64,000 bases of DNA from Chlorokybus atmophyticus (lineage: Eukaryota; Plantae; Mesostigma and Chlorokybus algae). A model generated the notes under the pieces. That model ran no database searches. It had not been told where the DNA came from and saw only the letters and a list, made by a program, of their open reading frames with translations. Below, piece by piece: positions 59,230 to 64,000 of the stretch; the first letter of the stretch is position 1; each line of letters opens with the position of its first letter. The DNA is taken from contig RHPI01000008.1 in the NCBI GenBank assembly GCA_009103225.1, forward strand, positions 1 through 64,000, in the 5' to 3' direction. The position numbers and the translations under genes are program-made.

Positions 59230-59860
59230 GCGCCCACATGTTCATGAAGACCATCAATGCAACTTCAACAAGCATGGCGCGAGATCTGCAACAACAACCC
59301 TATAAAAGCCAAGTAGTTTACTTGCCATTGTTGCCATACAACCCTGACAACCTGCGCCTTGCATGAATGGAGCTTAAACCTAAGCTGCTATTAGTAGGTT
59401 TTGACACTTACATGTTGGTTGGCGGCGACCAGAAGACTTTGTCGCTTATGCAGCAGCTGAAGCAGCTGGACCCTATGTACTGGCAATGGCTCGTACCATT
59501 CTCAGGGAATTGGCATGCATGATACATCACCACACCAGTGGTGCACAAGTTCACGTACGACTGTGGGTTTGAACCCATGGCACTAGCTGCTGAGCTTTTG
59601 CTTGCTTCTGCCGAAAACTCGTTAAATGAAAGCTTACACCTGGAAGCGCGCACACACATTCCTTGCAAGGACTTAAATTGGTCAGTAGATGGCATTTTGA
59701 GTATTTTGCCAACAGCATACAGGCTACAGTGCTGCAACTGCCCCGCAATTGGCTTAGCACACTCGACAGCATACCCTATGCTCGCGGTGCACTATTGGGA
59801 TGCCTTTCAAGCCTATGGTCAGGAAAGTTCACGTACATGAAGCCATGTTTTTAGGGGGTC
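59230..59860 (+). mobile_element. Decayed DUF6589-like putative transposase fragment
   Basis: Frame 59313-59840 reads VVYLPLLPYNPD...YMLVGGDQKTLSLMQQLKQLDPMYWQWLVPFSGNWHA*, matching the recalled 'yLP...P...GDQ.T...P..G.WH' pattern; two in-frame TGA. Confidence 0.55.
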
Positions 59861-62800
59861 GCATCATGTCTGGTGCGCAATGTTCATGAGTTTACGAGTT
59901 TTCAAGTTTATGAGTTTATAAACCATGCATGGTGCTCGCGTTGACCGTGTTTTGTGGATTTACGAAGGAAACGGGATTAATGGTGCGTTCTTGCCGGCTG
60001 CAGCATACTAGACTGGACCAGTGGCTGTTAAATGTGTCGTAATTAACGGTTAAAATATGACTGCTTTGCCGGGTAACAGCGGTCAGCTGCAGCGATTAAG
60101 CCGCAGCTAACCGCCGTTCGGCCACCGCTGCTGGTGGCCTGGCGGGCGGTCTGGTGCTCCATACCATGAGCACCAGGTCAGGGCGCTAGCCTGGTCATGC
60201 TGGCCTGCTGGAGATCAAGCCAGCATGACCAGGCCAAGGGCTTTGCTGTCGCCAACGTAGCCACGACTGCCGACACTGGCGCTATTGACAATGCCTGCAA
60301 GCATGCGCCACACAATGCATGTAGCATGTTACAGTAGAATGCGACAACAATCGTCATGTGTTACTCGATTCCTTGCAAATATATGTGATACCAAACTATA
60401 AACTACCATAAGCCTACACCTTCAAGAGCATAATCACAACCTCATGTATAGGGGCCAGCACACATGCGCTGGCATGCTATTGTGCACAGGCCACAGTCAG
60501 CAACAACAAACACGCAAAGACATAAGCAAAACACAAAAACTTACCTGTTTTCACCCTAGAACCCGCTCCTCACTCTCTCCCCTGAATGCTGCCAAACCTT
60601 AGCTAGTGGATGCTATCCACTAGCTACCTAAGGTTCTGCACATGTGCGCTTGTGCGCGTGAGGCTTTTCGATGGTGTGGCTAGCGGATCGCCACAAGCTG
60701 ACAGTCGCAAGCACATTACAAACACTCCGTATCTATTATGCAACAAGCCCACTCTTCCTTGGCACCCTCAAGTGCTGGCACGTCTTGAAAGAGCAGCGCC
60801 TGCACATGCGCATGTGTATAGTGCTTGCGTGTGTCAGGTGGCAGTCGACGAGTGCACAAACGCAAAGTCTGTGCAATTGTGGACTGAGCACTACAAAGAG
60901 ATCGACAGCTGTTTTAGCGTGATGTTCCCTTGTCATTCTCGCCCCTGTGCTGCCACGTCTCGGTTATTTGGCAGGGCCTGCGCGTGCGTGAGCACACGCG
61001 TGCGTGTATGTGTGCAAGTCTCTGCGTGTTACTGTGCTTGATGTGCAACTGTGTGCACGCTTGTGCTTGACTATGCATGCGGGACACAGAGCAAAGTGGC
61101 ACGCAGACAAGCGTTGTGCACCTTGCGGCATTATGGGAATGTTGTAATGGTTGGTGTTTAAACAGTCGAGGGCTGTCCAGGAGCCCGCGACTGTTGCAAC
61201 AGTTCAGGACTGGGCTGGGCCTGCGGTTGGCGCTTGTTACAAGGGCGATGGAGTTCAAGGCTATTGTGGGTCTGTGTTTGCAGCTGCAGGACACAGGGGT
61301 AAGTGAAATTTGCGCTGTGTGAGCGCGAGCACATGTGTGAGCGCGTGCGCATGCGCGTGATCACACAGGCACGCATGCGTGTTGACAAAGGCATGCACAT
61401 TTGTGCAGGACTGTTGACACATGCAACTGGTATTTGCAAGGTACGAACCGCTTGTTTACCCACCCATCAACTTGCAGGGCCTGCGCGCGTGGTGACCTGA
61501 TAGTCCGTGTGACTGTAACAAGTCCAACTTGTGTTGAACAGTTGCGGCTGTCCAAAGGGCTGTCACTTGACAGCTCCGTACAAGAAGAGGGCTGACCAGG
61601 GAAGGTTGCCGTGATGTTTGTGGTTGGGGGCATGTGGGAAGAGCTGGCGGGGGAGGGACTGTTGGATGACAGAGGGGGGGGGGAGGGACTATCACGAGCA
61701 GCAACAAGTTCAGGCGCCATGACAACAACTTGCATTGCGCAAGTTGTTATCCATCCACGAACAACTNTGCACATGAGAGCACAACTGCATGTGTGGGTTA
61801 GGTGTGCATGCGTAGCAGGACTGCAGGACTGTCACACGTGAACCATCAGTTGGTGTGCACGACATGTGTGTGACGAGAGGGGAGGGGGGGCTGTCGCCGG
61901 ATGGCTGCATGCAGAAAACGAGCAAACACATAAGACCAATAAGCTAGCTGCCAGTCTTCATACCTTGCGTAGAGGAAGACCTAGCTGCTGAAGTGGTAGT
62001 TGGTGCAGCCATAGAAGCACCTGGCAATGCCATAGAAGAACTTGGCAATGCATATCGGCAGACATCGGTGCTGTGGGAACGCGCTTGCGCGCGCGCGCAT
62101 GCGCGCGCAAGCACAAGCATGCACACGTGTTGATATTTAATATTGTTGACACATACAAACGACTGTTGCACAACACACGCACAACACAAGTTGTACACCC
62201 ATCCACGTGCAAGGCCTGCGCGCACATGTAGGGTGGTAAACTGACTCTATATACAACTCTGTACAGTCCGATTGGACTGTACAGAGTTGAAACTTTTAAT
62301 AGGGCTGTCACTTGAGGGTTGGTGGTTTGGGGTGGTGTGGGAAGAGGCTCGGGGAGCGACTGTTGGGTGAGGGGAGAGGGAGGCTGGTNGGGGAAGGAGC
62401 GAGCGGGGAGTGGGACAGTAAGTGTGCAACGGAACAAAATGGCGCTTGAGGCAGAATGGCCCTTGACAGTCCAGCACTGTCCAACAGAGGACTGTTCAAG
62501 TCCGTTTGCTGATAGCCTGTCAGTGGGGAGAGGAGAAGGGTGCGGTCAGCTTGTGGGTATGCACAGCACATGTGCAAGCGCGTGGACGTGCCCGCGCGCG
62601 CATCGCGAAGCAGCAAACATAAGATAGACAATCAGCTTAGCTGCTGTAAGGTCAGCTTGACGTTAAGTAGCCTGAGGGTGCGGTCTAGCTTCCAACAAGA
62701 TGTGCACAATAATTGCAATTACTGTGTCAGAAACAGAGCACAATCTGCTGTGGAAGCTTGCAAAGGGGAGATCTGTAGCGGGAACGTGACGCAAACAAAT

Positions 62801-63496
62801 GGTGATGTCACATACCTGCCATGCTTCAGTACTTGTCCAACGGGCTGAGGGTAAGGCGGTCATGCACAGGCATGTGCTTGTCGTAGCAAGCACGGCGCCT
62901 ACGACCTCTCTTCTTCCCTACTGGAAACAGCGGGGCAGCAGCCTTCTTCTCCGCCTGCTGGTGGTGTTGCTGGTGTAGTTGCTGGTGTACTACAGCAGCA
63001 GCAGCCGTTACAAGCACACCAATCAAGAACAACAACATGTTACATGACGACAACAACAACAACAATGCAGACCGTAGCAGCAGTAGCGGGTCAACAAACT
63101 AGTTAATCAGTTACAGCGTTAGAAACGACAACAATGACCACAAGTAAACGTACCAACGGCAGCACCTGCTGCCGTTGTGACGTTCTGTTGCGGGTGCAGC
63201 TGCATGTGCTTGCACAAAAACGACACCTTTTGCTAGTACGCACAGTCATACACATACACACAAAATTGGTGCTTGTACTAGCAAAGAGACGTTAAAGTAA
63301 AATGCAAATAAAGATAACAACTACACCCACCGCTCGCCGCCGCCGCCTCCACCGCTCCAGCGCCATGAGCCTCTGCTGAGCGACAGTCTTGCATTGCCTC
63401 CCCGGCTGTCAAGCTCGTACAGCTCGACACATAGACACGCTAAACTCTGCTGACGTGTACGGTACGCGCGTGCTGATCCGCTGCGTCAGCGGAGAG

Positions 63497-63717
63497 ACTA
63501 GGCGCGGCCTAGTGCGAACCATGCATGGTTCGTATGTTCATGAACAACCGCATTAGGGGTTTAACACCGAACCACAAGTGGTTCGCACACACCCATTGAC
63601 AGTCGGACTGGGGACTGTCCGAACCATGCCTGGCGCGGACCATTCATGGTCCGGACTCCCGCGTGTAATCGGACCAGGAACAGGCCTGGTCCGGCCGCGC
63701 ACCATGTCTGGTGCGCG
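63497..63717. repeat. Array of short palindromes (consensus CGRACCA-n-TGGTYCG), resembling transposon subterminal repeats
   Basis: Palindromes at 63515-63532, 63568-63585, 63635-63652, 63670-63693 and 63696-63717, plus 63497-63513 and 63535-63546. Confidence 0.85.
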
Positions 63718-63773
63718 ACTGCGCACCGAACTTTGGGGCCCCGAACGGACCAGGAACTGTCCGTCCCCTGCTA

Positions 63774-63930
63774 CAATCTAACCTCGATAAGTGCATATTC
63801 ACGATAAGTGCATGGTTTTGCCCGACACCAATGCACTCTACTGGTAGAATAAGACAGCGTAAGTGCATATCCGCGATAAGTGCATAGAAAGAGGTGTTCC
63901 CGATGGTATGCACTTATCGAGGTTAGACTT
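63774..63930. mobile_element. Pogo/Tc1-like MITE (~155 bp)
   Basis: Perfect 21-bp terminal inverted repeats TCTAACCTCGATAAGTGCATA (63777-63797, 63907-63927); left end TA|CAATCTAACCTCG; internal repeats of CGATAAGTGCAT. Confidence 0.75.
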
Positions 63931-64000
63931 GTGGGTACCAGACGGGTGCCCGGCAGCGAGACAGTGACCAGGCCGCGGAGTCCAATCACGACACAACGAT

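Noticed and set aside
62826-63065. Secreted peptide gene (MLLFLIGVLVTAAAAVVHQQ...)
   Set aside because: It derives from (GTT)/(GCT) low-complexity sequence; I could not build a consistent exon chain or recognise a domain.

Overview
Eukaryotic nuclear DNA, most likely from a flagellate-capable green alga (Viridiplantae). The evidence is spliceosomal introns, plant-type SAC9 and ATG16, an axonemal dynein, chromovirus-type LTR elements, a Penelope-like element with an N-terminal GIY-YIG, and telo-boxes; the species cannot be determined from the sequence. Layout: 1-7150 is three nested, decayed Ty3/Gypsy retrotransposons. 7345-7570 is a GC-rich hairpin island. 7647-11918 is a decayed Penelope-like element bounded by 522-bp direct repeats. 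Then follow SAC9 (-), ATG16 (+), a ~23-kb inner-arm dynein heavy chain gene (-) with microsatellite-like introns, an F-box/ankyrin gene (+) and an intron-containing MDR oxidoreductase pseudogene (-). At 53607-55245 is an apparently intact six-exon gene encoding a leader resembling a transit peptide, a Crinkler-like ubiquitin-fold header and a PD-(D/E)xK nuclease-like domain; this is the best candidate for something new. The last ~9 kb is transposon debris: a DUF6589-like relic, palindrome arrays and a pogo-like MITE. All homology calls come from motif recognition by eye; no database searches were run. Several N gaps and two short duplications next to Ns suggest local assembly artefacts.
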